Assembly (NCBI GenBank): GCA_965217775.1
Contig: CBDCJH010000002.1
Coordinates: 864,001-928,000, forward strand
Direction of reading: 5' to 3'
DNA length: 64,000 nucleotides
From: Acidobacteriota bacterium
GTDB taxonomy: Bacteria > Acidobacteriota > UBA6911 > RPQK01 > JAJDTT01
Shown here: positions 22,276 through 32,802 of the stretch, piece by piece
Position numbering within the stretch: position 1 is the first letter of the stretch
Layout: each line of letters opens with the position of its first letter
The notes under the pieces: model-generated
The model's input: only the letters and a program-made list of their open reading frames with translations
What the model was told of the DNA's origin: nothing
Database searches by the model: none
Made by a program: the position numbers and the translations under genes

Positions 22276-23181
22276 CTAAATAATTCTGTGTTCCTCGAGG
22301 AATTCGAGCGCCAGGTCAGCGCATACCTCCGGCTTTTCGATCTGGAGAAAATGGGTCGTCTCGGGTACGAAGTCATAATCGACGAGTAGGAGGCTCCCGA
22401 GGTCCATGCTTGGCATATACGAGTGCGGAAGGGTGGGATCGGCTCCGATGGCCTTTATGGGGCAGTGAACGCTCTCCAGGTCCACGGTCATGGACCAGCA
22501 AAAGACATACTCGTTGATCTGGGCTTCGTATTCGCGTGGGCAACGAAGTTCATAGCCTCTCCCGTCGGCACAACGGCGGAGCGTCGTCCGGGCAAACAGA
22601 TCCACTCCACCTGGGCACACGCGCTCGAAAACGTGCTTGCTGGTGAGTTGCTCCGCGAAATGCTCCGGAGTCTCGAACCAGTTCCGGCGCTTGCGAGCGA
22701 TTTCTCCCAGCCGTTGGCCGATGTGCTCCATGTCGTGGGGGAAGCCGCCAGGGGGAAAGACGGGCGGATCGAACAGGACCAGGGCTGAGAAGCTGTCTTC
22801 GGCCGCAGCCTGCCGGAGGGCTACCAGCGACGAAAGAGAATGAAACAGGCCGATCAGCGGTTTCGTTCCGAAGCGCTGGTCAATATCCCGCACAATGAAC
22901 TCACTGTCGCTGACGAAGGTTGGGACATTGTGTGTACGCCGGTCTCCGACCGGGTTCCAGCCGTGGCTCCGGAGATCGTAGATGAAGAGATCGAAACGGT
23001 CGGTGAGTCGTGACCAGAAGGGATAGTAGGAATCGATCGAAAACCCGTTGCCGTGGCTCAGAACGAGCCGCGGGCCGTCCGGGGTGCCGTGGCGCCGGAC
23101 GCTGATCGGAAAACCATCGGTCGCACGCACCTCAAATTCCACGATCGGTTCCGGAACATCCCAGCGCGCAGGAACAATCAT
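22276..23181 (-). CDS. Alpha/beta hydrolase
   Basis: SHGNG, YDLRSHG, FHSLS, HFLQIEKP. Confidence 0.8.
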   Translation of the reverse strand: MIVPARWDVPEPIVEFEVRATDGFPISVRRHGTPDGPRLVLSHGNGFSIDSYYPFWSRLTDRFDLFIYDLRSHGWNPVGDRRTHNVPTFVSDSEFIVRDIDQRFGTKPLIGLFHSLSSLVALRQAAAEDSFSALVLFDPPVFPPGGFPHDMEHIGQRLGEIARKRRNWFETPEHFAEQLTSKHVFERVCPGGVDLFARTTLRRCADGRGYELRCPREYEAQINEYVFCWSMTVDLESVHCPIKAIGADPTLPHSYMPSMDLGSLLLVDYDFVPETTHFLQIEKPEVCADLALEFLEEHRII

Positions 23182-23945
23182 CGTGTCTTCGAGGCCGGAT
23201 GAGGAACCTTCAGGAGGCGGGCCTGGTAGCGGGCCAGATCCCACATGTAGTGGCCGATCCGCTTCTTCTCGGCCGCCAGGATGTGTGTCTTTCCGCCCTC
23301 CTGGTCGCCTTGGCCGAGCAGGAACAGCCCGATGTAGAGGTGGGCGTAGAAGAGGCGTCCTTCGAGCTGCGCCGATCCAGGATTATCGGCGCGGGCGGTC
23401 TCCAGGACCTGCTGCGGCGATCCCTCTCCCCGGAACATGTCGTAGACGGCCATCATGGGAATCCGGGGGTCGTTCCGAATCGGCATCAGGGTTGACCGGG
23501 CCTTCTCCGTACCCTCGGTCCGGGCGATGCACAGATAGCGCCAGACCGAGTTCTCCACGTCGTTGTCGTGGTAGGTCTGATACAGCTCGAACTGCCTCGC
23601 TCCCTGCTGGAACTGGCCGGCGTAGTAGTAGGAAAGACCCAGCTCCCACTGCCTCGGCTCCATATCAGGACGGAGCCGGACGTACTGTTCCAGGTCGGCG
23701 ACGGATTCCGTGATCTTGCCCAGTCGAAAGTGCTCCCGGCCCCGCAGGTAGTAGGCATAGGCCAACTCCGGGTTCCCGGCCAGAGCACCCGTGGCCAGTT
23801 CCACGGACTCGGAACTCCGGCCCCGGTTGGACGCCTCCACGGCGCGGTTCAGAAGCGCTTCAGGCCCCTGGCTCACGGCGGCAGACGTGGAGTTGAGGAA
23901 GACGCCCAAGGCAAGAAGGAATGCAGAAAACCTCACGCGAAACAT
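23178..23945 (-). CDS. TPR protein (NlpI-like)
   Basis: Signal peptide, TPR helices AYYLRGREHFRLG, GLSYYYAGQF. Confidence 0.75.
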   Translation of the reverse strand: MFRVRFSAFLLALGVFLNSTSAAVSQGPEALLNRAVEASNRGRSSESVELATGALAGNPELAYAYYLRGREHFRLGKITESVADLEQYVRLRPDMEPRQWELGLSYYYAGQFQQGARQFELYQTYHDNDVENSVWRYLCIARTEGTEKARSTLMPIRNDPRIPMMAVYDMFRGEGSPQQVLETARADNPGSAQLEGRLFYAHLYIGLFLLGQGDQEGGKTHILAAEKKRIGHYMWDLARYQARLLKVPHPASKTR

Positions 23946-23979
23946 GCCTCATTCTACTCCACGATGCGGTCCGGCCGCA

Positions 23980-24148
23980 TCACTGTGAATTCGTGGACGC
24001 GCCGTTCGGTTCCGTGTCTCTGCGCCTCGACTGCGGCGACCACATACCGGCCGACGAGTCGGTGAGAAAGCAGCGTTGGCAACGATTCCTGGCGGTGAAG
24101 CCCGTGGAGCAGCGGACCACTCACCCCGAGGAGGCGAGCGAAAACTGA
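23980..24148 (+). pseudogene. Possible 3' remnant of a MarR-type regulator
   Basis: HCEFVDAPFGSVSLRLDCGDH resembles a Cys-containing C-terminus I associate with MarR regulators upstream of small thioredoxins; no start found. Confidence 0.3.
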
Positions 24149-24188
24149 TTTCCGAGAACCAACCATCAACAGGAAAGGAGACGCAACC

Positions 24189-24425
24189 ATGTCAAAACAG
24201 GCCACCTTCTACCACGCCGGCTGCCCGGTCTGCGTCGATGCCGAGACCCAGTTCGCGCAGGCGCTCAACCCTCAGGACTATGCTGTGGAAGTTGTTCACC
24301 TGGGCGAAACGCCCGACCGCATCGACGAGGCCGAAGCGGCCGGCGTTGCGTCGGTCCCCGCGTTCGTCGTGGACGGCAGGCCGTATCACATCAATTTCGG
24401 CGCCTCCATCGCTGACCTGAAGTGA
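24189..24425 (+). CDS. Small thioredoxin/glutaredoxin-like protein
   Basis: CPVC, SVPA; strong RBS. Confidence 0.85.
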   Translation: MSKQATFYHAGCPVCVDAETQFAQALNPQDYAVEVVHLGETPDRIDEAEAAGVASVPAFVVDGRPYHINFGASIADLK

Positions 24426-24535
24426 ACTGAAAGACACGCCCGGTCGCCCGTCGCGGCCGGGCGCCCTCCCTCCAACGGGCGACATTTCGTCGCAGGGCCG
24501 GGCCGGCTCTTGCCCCGGGCTCGTATACTACCCTC

Positions 24536-25927
24536 ATGAAGGAAGCCAAGGATCAGGATCCCAGCGACCTCGGTCTGGCCGGGTACGCGAAGCTCCTCTG
24601 CTCGGCGGTGTTCGTCACCCGAACCGGTGAAGAAGCGGCGCGAAGGCACAGCCGAAACGTGGCCGTGGACCTGCTGAAACTGCCCGAGTCGGACCTGGAG
24701 CACCTCGACGACGTCATCGACTACGACCGGAAGCGGGTTCACGCGACCCTCCCCGGCGGCTACCGTCGCACCGCCGGTTTCTACGGCGACCAGGGATGCA
24801 TCGTTCATCCCCGGGACCACGACGGAATCTACTTCGACCCGGTTCCGGTGCGGACCGCTCTGCCCCCGGCCGATACCCGGCCCTGGCCCATGGGGGACCT
24901 CCTGCCGGAGAATCCTCTCCCTTCTGAGGTGAGTGAGGAGAAACTGCAGGCGGCAGTCGATCAGGCCTTCGAACCGCCGGCCCGGACCACTTCTCTGGCA
25001 GTGGTCTACAAGGGCCGTCTCATCGCCGAGCGCTATGCCCCGGGGATTACCAAGGACACGCTGCTGGAGAGTTGGTCCATGGGCAAGAGCCTCACCGGCA
25101 CGCTGGCGGGACGCCTGATTCAGGAGGGGCGTCTGAAGATGTCCGGACCCGCGCCTGTGCCCGAGTGGCAGGCGCCGGACGACCCACGCCGCGAGATCCG
25201 GATGGAAGACCTGTTTCGCATGTCCAGCGGCCTCGACTTCACCCTCTACGAAGTGATGGAGCAGACGCCGCAGGGAACCTACCGCATCTCCACGGCCTAC
25301 CCGGACCACTACTACGTCTATCCCTGCGCCCTGGACGTCTTCCGTTACGCCGTCTCGCGGCGGCTTCGCTTTCCTCCCGGCACCGTCGGACGCTACCGCA
25401 ACTGCGATCCCCTGACTCTGGGATACTTGGTCCGCCAGGCTGTGGAGGCACAGGGTGAGGAGTACCTCACCTTCCCCCAGCGATCCCTCTTCGACCGGAT
25501 CGGGATCCGCAGGATGGTGCTGGACACGGACCCCTACGGCAACTTCATACTCTCCGGCTACGAGTACGGGACGGTCCGGGACTGGGCCCGGATCGGTCTG
25601 CTCTATCTGCAAGGGGGCGTCTGGCAGGGCGAGCGGCTGCTGCCCGAAGAATTCGTGGAGTTCGTCCGCACGCCGGCGCCGGCGTGGTTCAACGAGGAGG
25701 GGGAACCGAGCGAGTCGCGCTACGGCGCCATGTGGTGGCTCAATACGACCGGCGTCTGGGACGCCCCCGCCGATGCCTTCTATGCCGCCGGGGCCGGCGG
25801 CCAGAACACGCTGGTGATCCCGTCGCGAGATCTGGTGGTGGCCCGTCTCACCGAGTATGACGTCCTGAGCGTCAGCGTCCCCGCCTTCAACGCCGCGTTG
25901 CGAGGGATTCAGGACGCCCTTGGATGA
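24536..25927 (+). CDS. Serine hydrolase (beta-lactamase family)
   Basis: SMGK (SxxK), YRN, AAGAGGQ. Confidence 0.88.
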   Translation: MKEAKDQDPSDLGLAGYAKLLCSAVFVTRTGEEAARRHSRNVAVDLLKLPESDLEHLDDVIDYDRKRVHATLPGGYRRTAGFYGDQGCIVHPRDHDGIYFDPVPVRTALPPADTRPWPMGDLLPENPLPSEVSEEKLQAAVDQAFEPPARTTSLAVVYKGRLIAERYAPGITKDTLLESWSMGKSLTGTLAGRLIQEGRLKMSGPAPVPEWQAPDDPRREIRMEDLFRMSSGLDFTLYEVMEQTPQGTYRISTAYPDHYYVYPCALDVFRYAVSRRLRFPPGTVGRYRNCDPLTLGYLVRQAVEAQGEEYLTFPQRSLFDRIGIRRMVLDTDPYGNFILSGYEYGTVRDWARIGLLYLQGGVWQGERLLPEEFVEFVRTPAPAWFNEEGEPSESRYGAMWWLNTTGVWDAPADAFYAAGAGGQNTLVIPSRDLVVARLTEYDVLSVSVPAFNAALRGIQDALG

Positions 25928-25945
25928 GCGCCCCCGTCCGGGAGA

Positions 25946-27835
25946 TCATGGGCCGATAATCTGGTTGGCCGCAAAGGCCGAGACATACGCCAGCAGCGTC
26001 ATGTAGGCGAACTGAGCCACCGGCCAGCGCCATCCGGCCGTCTCTCTCCGCACCACCGCCACCGTGGACATGCACTGCATGGCGAAGGCGAAAAAGATCA
26101 GGAGCGCCACGGCGCCGCCCAGATCCAGGTCGCTCCTGAGCGCCTGTTGCAGATCACGGGAGCCTTCGTCTGCTTCCATTCCGTAGATGGTCCCCAGCGT
26201 TCCCACGATCACCTCTCGGGCCGCCAGGGAGGTGATCAGTCCGATCCCGATCTTCCAATCGAATCCCAGGGGCTCGATGACCGGTTCGATGGTCCGGCCC
26301 ACCGTCCCGATGACGCTTTCCGAAATCGGCGGATCCTCGCCATTCTGGCGCGGCAGGCTGGCCAGGAACCAGAGGACGATGGCCGTGGCGAGAATGATGG
26401 TACCGGCGCGCTTCAGGAAGATCTTGGCGCGGTCAAGAAGCCGCAACGCCAGCGATTGGATGCCTGGAACCCGGTAGGGAGGCATCTCCAGGGAGAAGGG
26501 AGCTCCCGTGCCACGAAGGATCGACGACTTGAGCACCCATGCGGTCAGGACGGCTGCCAGGAATCCGAGCGCATACAGTCCCAGCATGGTCGCCGCCCGG
26601 GTGCCCAGGAACCCGCCCAGGACCGGGCGTTCCGGTATGAAGGCGGCGATGACCAGGGTGTAGACCGGCAACCGGGCCGAGCAGGTCATGAAGGGCGCGA
26701 TCATGATGGTGGCGATCCGGTCCCGCTTGTTCTCGATGGTACGGGTGGCCAGGATGGCCGGAACAGCACAGGCGTAGGCCGAGAGCAGGGGAATGAACGA
26801 CTTGCCCTGAAGGCCCACCCTGGCCATGGTTCTGTCAGCGATGAGGGCCGCTCTAGCCATGTATCCCGAGTCCTCGAGCACGCCGATGAAGAGGAACAAC
26901 AACAGGATCTGGGGCAGGAAGATCACCACCGATCCCACGCCGCCCCAGACGCCTTCGATAAGAAGACTGCGGAACCAGGTGTCTGGCAGCAGGGCGTGGA
27001 CCCACTCTCCCGAGGTGGAGACCATGGCGTCGGTGGCGTCCATGAGCGGGATGGCGAAGGTGAAGATAGTCTGGAAGACCGCAACCACCACCGCGGCGAA
27101 GATGAGAAGGCCCGCCACCGGGTGGAGCAGGACGGCGTCGAGGCGCCGAGTCCAGAGCGGAGGAGCGGGGGGACGGTATTCCGCCGCATCGCCGATCTGC
27201 GCCGACCACTCCCGGCAACGGCGAACGTCCTGGATCACGGGCAGCTCCAATGGAGTGGGAACGGCCAGGGCACCAACCAGGAACTCCCGGATTGCCTCGG
27301 TACCCTCTCCGGTCCGGGCACTGACCAGGGCCACGGGGGCCCCGATCTGTTGCGCCACCGCGTCCAAGTCGAGACCTCCGCCGCGGCTTCGGAGCGAGTC
27401 GGCCATGTTCAGGACCGCCAGGGTCGGGATTCCCAAGCTGAGTATGGGAGCGGCGAATCCGAGATGGCGCCCCAGATTGGTGGAATCGAGGATCAGAATG
27501 ACGGCGTCCGGACTGGAGACGCCCGGCATCCGGCCGGTGAGGACGTCTCGAGCCACTCTCTCGTCTTCCGACCGGGGCTCGAGGCTGTAAATGCCCGGCA
27601 GATCGATCAGGTGGACCTCGATCTCGCCGGGGAGGCGGGCGCGCCCGATCCGTTTCTCCACCGTGACTCCTGGATAGTTGGCCACGCGCTGGCGGAGTCC
27701 CGTCAACCGGTTGAACAGGGTCGACTTCCCGGTGTTGGGCGGGCCCACGACGGCGACGGTGCGCAAGCGGGTGGAGTCTCCAGGCCGGGCCTTCGAATCG
27801 GGGACGGCCACGCCGGCCCCATGGCTATGGCTCAT
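25946..27835 (-). CDS. feoB: Ferrous iron transporter B
   Basis: GPPNTGKS, NYPGVTVE, DLPG, CSARLP. Confidence 0.95.
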   Translation of the reverse strand: MSHSHGAGVAVPDSKARPGDSTRLRTVAVVGPPNTGKSTLFNRLTGLRQRVANYPGVTVEKRIGRARLPGEIEVHLIDLPGIYSLEPRSEDERVARDVLTGRMPGVSSPDAVILILDSTNLGRHLGFAAPILSLGIPTLAVLNMADSLRSRGGGLDLDAVAQQIGAPVALVSARTGEGTEAIREFLVGALAVPTPLELPVIQDVRRCREWSAQIGDAAEYRPPAPPLWTRRLDAVLLHPVAGLLIFAAVVVAVFQTIFTFAIPLMDATDAMVSTSGEWVHALLPDTWFRSLLIEGVWGGVGSVVIFLPQILLLFLFIGVLEDSGYMARAALIADRTMARVGLQGKSFIPLLSAYACAVPAILATRTIENKRDRIATIMIAPFMTCSARLPVYTLVIAAFIPERPVLGGFLGTRAATMLGLYALGFLAAVLTAWVLKSSILRGTGAPFSLEMPPYRVPGIQSLALRLLDRAKIFLKRAGTIILATAIVLWFLASLPRQNGEDPPISESVIGTVGRTIEPVIEPLGFDWKIGIGLITSLAAREVIVGTLGTIYGMEADEGSRDLQQALRSDLDLGGAVALLIFFAFAMQCMSTVAVVRRETAGWRWPVAQFAYMTLLAYVSAFAANQIIGP

Positions 27836-28089
27836 GAGTCTGTCCGGCCGGCCGAACCGGGTCTGCGCAGAATCAGGCGGGCCGCCGTCTCACGGCGCAA
27901 CGCGACTTCCGAGCCGTCTACCCGGTACACACGCGGATCGCCGAACGGCGACCGTCCGGCAGCCGAAACCACCGAGCCGGGGAGGAAGCCCAGCTCCATG
28001 AAACGCCGCGCGTCCCGCTTCGGCAGGTCGATGGAGTCCAAGATGGCTTCTTCGTGCTTCCCCAAGTCTTTCAGTGTGAACCTGGCCAC
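27832..28089 (-). CDS. feoA: FeoA
   Basis: RFMELGFLPG, SPFGDP, VALRR. Confidence 0.92.
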   Translation of the reverse strand: MARFTLKDLGKHEEAILDSIDLPKRDARRFMELGFLPGSVVSAAGRSPFGDPRVYRVDGSEVALRRETAARLILRRPGSAGRTDS

Positions 28090-28132
28090 GATACTGACTC
28101 CTCTCTATCCTCCAACCCGCTCACTTCATCGC

Positions 28133-28256
28133 GGGAGGGGCGACTTTCTTGTCGCCCGCTCTTCGGTGTTGCTATGCGATTCGGTGGCCGGGAAGTGTAG
28201 TGGGACTCCGTCCCCCCTAACCGACCCTGGTCGGCGGCAAGAAAGCCGCCGCTCCT
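28133..28256. repeat. REP doublet (REPIN-like) element, intact copy
   Basis: Inverted GGAG-GGGCGAC-TTTCTT-GTCGCCC hairpins; homologous to the IS4-interrupted copy at 58164-59628. Confidence 0.8.
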
Positions 28257-28266
28257 ATTTCCTCTC

Positions 28267-29352
28267 TCACTCCCCAACTCCGTTGACCCGGGGCAGAACT
28301 TCCTCCTGGAGGAGCCTCATGGACTCGACCCAGCGATCCTTCGGGTCCCATTCGTGACCCAGGACCAGGAGGACCCCAAAGCCGCCCAAGTCGTCCTGAA
28401 GCCGCTGGAGCTTCTCGGCGACGTCGTCGGGACTGCCCACGAGCCAAAGATTATCCAGCAGGTATTCCGGGGTCACCTCCGAATCGGCCATGTCGAGATC
28501 GGTCTTCATCAGGTCGAGCATCTTGCACTTGGGGAGCAGGCGGAGGAAGTAGTCCTCGAAGTCCCGCGCCATGGTCCCTTCCAGGACGCAACGTCTGGCT
28601 TCCTGTGTCGTATCCGCAACGAACACGTTGCGGGCCACCCGCCACTGGCTCCTGTCGGGAGACCGTCCGGTGGTGGCGGCTCCTTCCAATACCGCCTCCC
28701 AGTGGGACTTGAGGATCCGGGTCGGTACGATGTTGATGCTCATGGGAATCCAGCCCTGCTCTCCGGCCCGCACCAGAGTTCCGGATTTGACCGACACGCC
28801 GGCGACTCCGATGGGCGGGTGAGGTTTCTGGTAGGGCTTCAGGTGGAACCGGAGACCGATGTCCGATTCAGGCTCCGGCACGGTAAAACACCAGTGCTTG
28901 TGTTCGTACAGGCCGGGCCGCGGATCTTCCCAGAGCTGGAGGACCAAGTCCACCGCGTCACGGGTCATCCCCCTCTGCTCGCCAGTCTTGGGATCGAATC
29001 CGAAGACCTCGAAGTCGCCTGGAAAACCACCCGATCCGACTCCCCAGTAAAATCTTCCGCGGCACATGTGATCCAACTGGGCGATGCGGCTGGCAATGAC
29101 GAAGGGGTTATGGTTGGGCATGCAGGTCACGCCGGTGCCCAGGATGATCTGTTCGGTCTGGGGGATGGCGCTGGCCAGCAGCAGGTCGGGAGCGGGGATG
29201 TTCTCCCAGACGCTGGTGAAGTGCTCGCCGAGCCAAGCCTCGTGAAACCCCAGTTGGTCCAGGGTGATGATCTGTTCCAGGTCGCTTTCCAGGGTCTCGG
29301 TGAAGTTCGACCCCGGCGGATGGAGGGGCATGGTGAAGAATCCCAGTTTCAT
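28267..29352 (-). CDS. Luciferase-like flavin monooxygenase (LLM)
   Basis: AWLGEHF, IAQLDHMCRGR, LVGSPDDVAEKL. Confidence 0.9.
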   Translation of the reverse strand: MKLGFFTMPLHPPGSNFTETLESDLEQIITLDQLGFHEAWLGEHFTSVWENIPAPDLLLASAIPQTEQIILGTGVTCMPNHNPFVIASRIAQLDHMCRGRFYWGVGSGGFPGDFEVFGFDPKTGEQRGMTRDAVDLVLQLWEDPRPGLYEHKHWCFTVPEPESDIGLRFHLKPYQKPHPPIGVAGVSVKSGTLVRAGEQGWIPMSINIVPTRILKSHWEAVLEGAATTGRSPDRSQWRVARNVFVADTTQEARRCVLEGTMARDFEDYFLRLLPKCKMLDLMKTDLDMADSEVTPEYLLDNLWLVGSPDDVAEKLQRLQDDLGGFGVLLVLGHEWDPKDRWVESMRLLQEEVLPRVNGVGE

Positions 29353-29374
29353 GGCAGGTACTCCTTTTGCGGCC

Positions 29375-30388
29375 TCATTCTAGAGCCCCGGGCCGTCGAC
29401 CGCTACTGCTTGCAGACTGAATGATTCCTGCGGAAGGACTGCGCCTGAAGAACAACCTCTCGGCCGTTCCTGCCAGGATCTGCTGCTTGTCCGAGGAAGA
29501 GAGGAAATCGGCATGGTCCCGGATCACGGCGACGGCGGCCTCGATGGTGTGACCGTTCCTGGTCTGCAGTGGAGCATCGCTTTCCCACATGCAACGGTGC
29601 GGGCCGAAGGCGTCCACCAGCCGGCGAATCAGCGGGAGCATGTCCAGGTAGGGCGGTTGCTTCTTGCCCAAGGCGTAGAATGCGCCCAGCTTGAGCATGA
29701 CCCGGGGGTGTCGCGCCATGCGGCACAGCGCCCGAGTCTCCTCTTCCACCCGATCGGCCTGCTTGCCGATCAGGCAAAAGTGGTCGATGATCACAGGAGT
29801 CTCGGGGAAGCGCCGGCACATGCGATCCAATTCGGGCAGGTCCGCCGGGTTCATGAGGAAACTCAGGCAGAGGTCGTGCCGGGCTCCGGCGGCGAACATC
29901 TTGTCGAACCCCGGATGGTCCATCCAGCGTTCCCCGTTTCTCAGGGCCGGACGCGTCGATCGGCCCCGGATCCGGAACGCGTAGATGCCGCCGCGGGCCA
30001 GCGCCGTCATGGTCCGGTCGGGACTGGGAAGGGAAACGTCGCTGACGGCGGGAACGATTCCGGTGCCGACGAACCGGGTGGGGTCGTCGGCGATGGCGTC
30101 GAGGATGTAGCTGTGGTCGAGTCCGTAGCAGGTCATCTGAATCAGGTTGTAGCGGGTCACTCCGGCGCGGCTTCCCCGCTGGACCAGTTCCTCGATCGTG
30201 AAGCTGGGAAACCAGAGGTCCTCGCTGGTCAGTCCCGGCGCCAGAGGATACTTTTGGAGGTCGGGGGACCAGACGTGGGCGTGGGCGTCGACGACCGCGG
30301 GTCCGGGCGGTGTGGCCCGGCCCCCGCGTCCGGCCGCCGCGGCCAGGGCCAAGCCGGACATCCAGCGGCGTCGGGTCAGGGTCTGCAT
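29375..30388 (-). CDS. Amidohydrolase_2 family protein
   Basis: DAHAH, IIDHF, MWESDAP. Confidence 0.88.
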   Translation of the reverse strand: MQTLTRRRWMSGLALAAAAGRGGRATPPGPAVVDAHAHVWSPDLQKYPLAPGLTSEDLWFPSFTIEELVQRGSRAGVTRYNLIQMTCYGLDHSYILDAIADDPTRFVGTGIVPAVSDVSLPSPDRTMTALARGGIYAFRIRGRSTRPALRNGERWMDHPGFDKMFAAGARHDLCLSFLMNPADLPELDRMCRRFPETPVIIDHFCLIGKQADRVEEETRALCRMARHPRVMLKLGAFYALGKKQPPYLDMLPLIRRLVDAFGPHRCMWESDAPLQTRNGHTIEAAVAVIRDHADFLSSSDKQQILAGTAERLFFRRSPSAGIIQSASSSGRRPGALE

Positions 30389-30489
30389 GCGTCGCTCGTT
30401 CGGCGTGGGATCTGCCGCATCGTGCTCCGGCCCAGTCTACTACGGCCCGGGGATTGAGAAGCGTGTGTTGAATAGGAAGGAGAAGGAAA

Positions 30490-31836
30490 ATGCACAGACG
30501 TGGACTTCTGGGCGGCTTGGCTGCCGGCGCTCTATCGGGTGTCATCTCCCCGAAAGAACTTGAAGCCCGGGCGCTGGTGGAGAAGAGGACCCGGGGAATG
30601 CCTCCTCCCCGGATCCGGGACATCCAGGTCATCGCCACCGCTCCGAGAGGCCTGCGCCTGGCGGTCGTGAAGGTACTCACCGACCAGGATGGCCTCTACG
30701 GCTACGGATGCGCCACCTTCACCCAGCGGGCCGACCTGGTGGTTCCGGCGGTGGAGAATTACCTGAAGCCGTTTCTGGTGGGCAAGCCGGCCGACCGGAT
30801 CGATGACACCTGGCAGGCCTGCTACAACAGCTCCTATTGGCGGAATGGTCCGGTCCTGAACAATGCCATCAGTGGGGTGGATATGGCCCTCTGGGACATC
30901 AAGGGGCGCCAAGCCGGGCTGCCGGTCTATCAGCTTCTGGGTGGAAAATGCCGGGAAGCGGCCGATTGTTACCGGCATGCCAGCGGAGCCGAGATCGGCC
31001 AAGTCATCGAAATGGCCCGGTCCTATATGGAGGATGGCGTCCGCCACGTCCGGGTACAGGTGGGTGTGCCGGGGATGTCAGGCTACGGAGGCGGCGGCGG
31101 AGGCCGCTCGGCGGAAAAGCTGCACCAGGATCCGGTCTTCGAACCGGCCCCGTATATACGCCGGGTCCTGGCCCTGTTCGAGGAGTGCCGGAAACAACTG
31201 GGGGACGAGGTGGAACTGCTCCACGACGTGCACGAGCGGATCACCCCCACCCAGGCGCTCCAACTCTGCAAGGACGTGGAGCCGTTTCGCCTTTTCTTTC
31301 TGGAGGACCCCCTCTCTCCCGAGGACATCGCCTACTTCCGGTTGATCCGGAACCACTCGACGACCCCCATTGCCATGGGAGAGCTCTTCAACAGCCCCCA
31401 CGAGTGGATCCCCCTCATTTCGGAAAGGCTCTTCGACTACATCCGCATCCACATCTCCCAAGCGGGCGGGCTGACCCCCTGCCGTAAGATCGCGGCCCTG
31501 GGGGAACTCTTCGGCGTGCGCACCGCCTGGCACGGGCCCGGCGACGTCTCACCCGTCGGACATGCCGCCAACGTCGCCCTGGATCTGGCCTGCCACAACT
31601 TTGGGATCCAGGAGTTCTCCGGGTTCTCGGAGCGGGAGCTGGAAGTGTTCCACGGTTGTCCCGAATACCGCAACGGATACCTGTTCGCCAGCGAGAAACC
31701 CGGCTGGGGTATCGAGGTGGACGAAGCGGCGGCGCGCAAGTACCCCTTCGGAAGCTTCGAGTCGGGAGAGAGAAAGGAGTACAACGGCGGCTGGGGCGTG
31801 ATCCGGCGGCGGGACGGAACCGTGATCAAGCAGTAA
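30490..31836 (+). CDS. Mandelate racemase/enolase superfamily dehydratase (RspA/ManD-like)
   Basis: YWRNGP, LLHDVHE, FLEDP, MGE, WHGP. Confidence 0.9.
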   Translation: MHRRGLLGGLAAGALSGVISPKELEARALVEKRTRGMPPPRIRDIQVIATAPRGLRLAVVKVLTDQDGLYGYGCATFTQRADLVVPAVENYLKPFLVGKPADRIDDTWQACYNSSYWRNGPVLNNAISGVDMALWDIKGRQAGLPVYQLLGGKCREAADCYRHASGAEIGQVIEMARSYMEDGVRHVRVQVGVPGMSGYGGGGGGRSAEKLHQDPVFEPAPYIRRVLALFEECRKQLGDEVELLHDVHERITPTQALQLCKDVEPFRLFFLEDPLSPEDIAYFRLIRNHSTTPIAMGELFNSPHEWIPLISERLFDYIRIHISQAGGLTPCRKIAALGELFGVRTAWHGPGDVSPVGHAANVALDLACHNFGIQEFSGFSERELEVFHGCPEYRNGYLFASEKPGWGIEVDEAAARKYPFGSFESGERKEYNGGWGVIRRRDGTVIKQ

Positions 31837-31939
31837 GGTCCGTCCCCGGTGACGCTCCGCCAGATGGGATACCGTGGTCTACCAGACACGGCTTCGAGAA
31901 TGAGCCGGTCTCGGCACACACCGAAAACGGGGTCTCCAG

Positions 31940-32464
31940 ATACAAATCGACCGACCAACTACGGCCGGCTTCAGGTACGCGGACACCGGTGGCGACGGAC
32001 CGGTCGTTGTGTTGCTGCATGGGGTGCTCATGAACCAAAGCTTGTGGGACGAGGTGGTCGACGGTCTACGAGATCGCTACCGTTGCATCGTCCCGCTGCT
32101 GCCTTTCGGCGCACACCAGTCGCCGATGCCCGATGATTCTGACCTTTCCCTCGAATCGATCGCGACCATGATTGCCGAATTCCTCGTGGAACTCGACCTA
32201 TACAACGTCACACTCGTTTGCAACGACTGGGGCGGCGCGCAACTCGTCATCAGCCCCGGAGGGTCCGATCGTGTCGCAAATCTGGTCCTCGCCTCCTGCG
32301 AAGCCTTCGACAACTACCCGCCGGCCCACGCCCAACGACTGTCCGAGCATTTCGAGAACTCGCAGTTGGTGTGGGTCGACGACAGCTGGACCCTGATTCC
32401 AATCGACCAGCCGGAGATCCTGACGAACCATCTCCGTGCATTCCTTGCTGCGCACACACTCTGA
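31940..32464 (+). pseudogene. Alpha/beta hydrolase with internal deletion
   Basis: YADTGGDGPVVVLLHG, NDWGG, then FDNYPP joined directly to the C-terminal AHAQRL; cap domain and a clear start are absent. Confidence 0.6.
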
Positions 32465-32502
32465 CCGAAAACCTGCTTCCGAGAAGAATGTAGGGGCACC
32501 CT

Positions 32503-32526
32503 GGAGGGGCGATTTCCAGTCGCCCG
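32503..32526. repeat. Single REP copy
   Basis: GGAGGGGCGATTTCCAGTCGCCCG. Confidence 0.55.
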
Positions 32527-32802
32527 TTCCTCCGTTTCTCCGTACGTTCATTCCCCCATGCTCCGTCCGGAGTTCGGCGGATGCAAACCGCCGCCCCCAT
32601 CCCATTTCTTCCGGGATTTCGCCGAGCCCCGACCGGTGGAAGAGCTTCCAAGAGGGGACCTATCGATAGACAGGTCCGCCTTCAGGGCATAGTGGCTCGT
32701 TTCAGGGTTGAGAGCGGCCTACTTCGAGAGCGCCGGGTCTGGGGCATCGCCGGTGAATTGATTGTCGACGGTGGGAAAGCCGACGCCGGCGTCGAACGAA
32801 CA

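Noticed and set aside
26147-28357. 736-aa plus-strand ORF
   Set aside because: Antisense shadow of feoB/feoA in high-GC DNA
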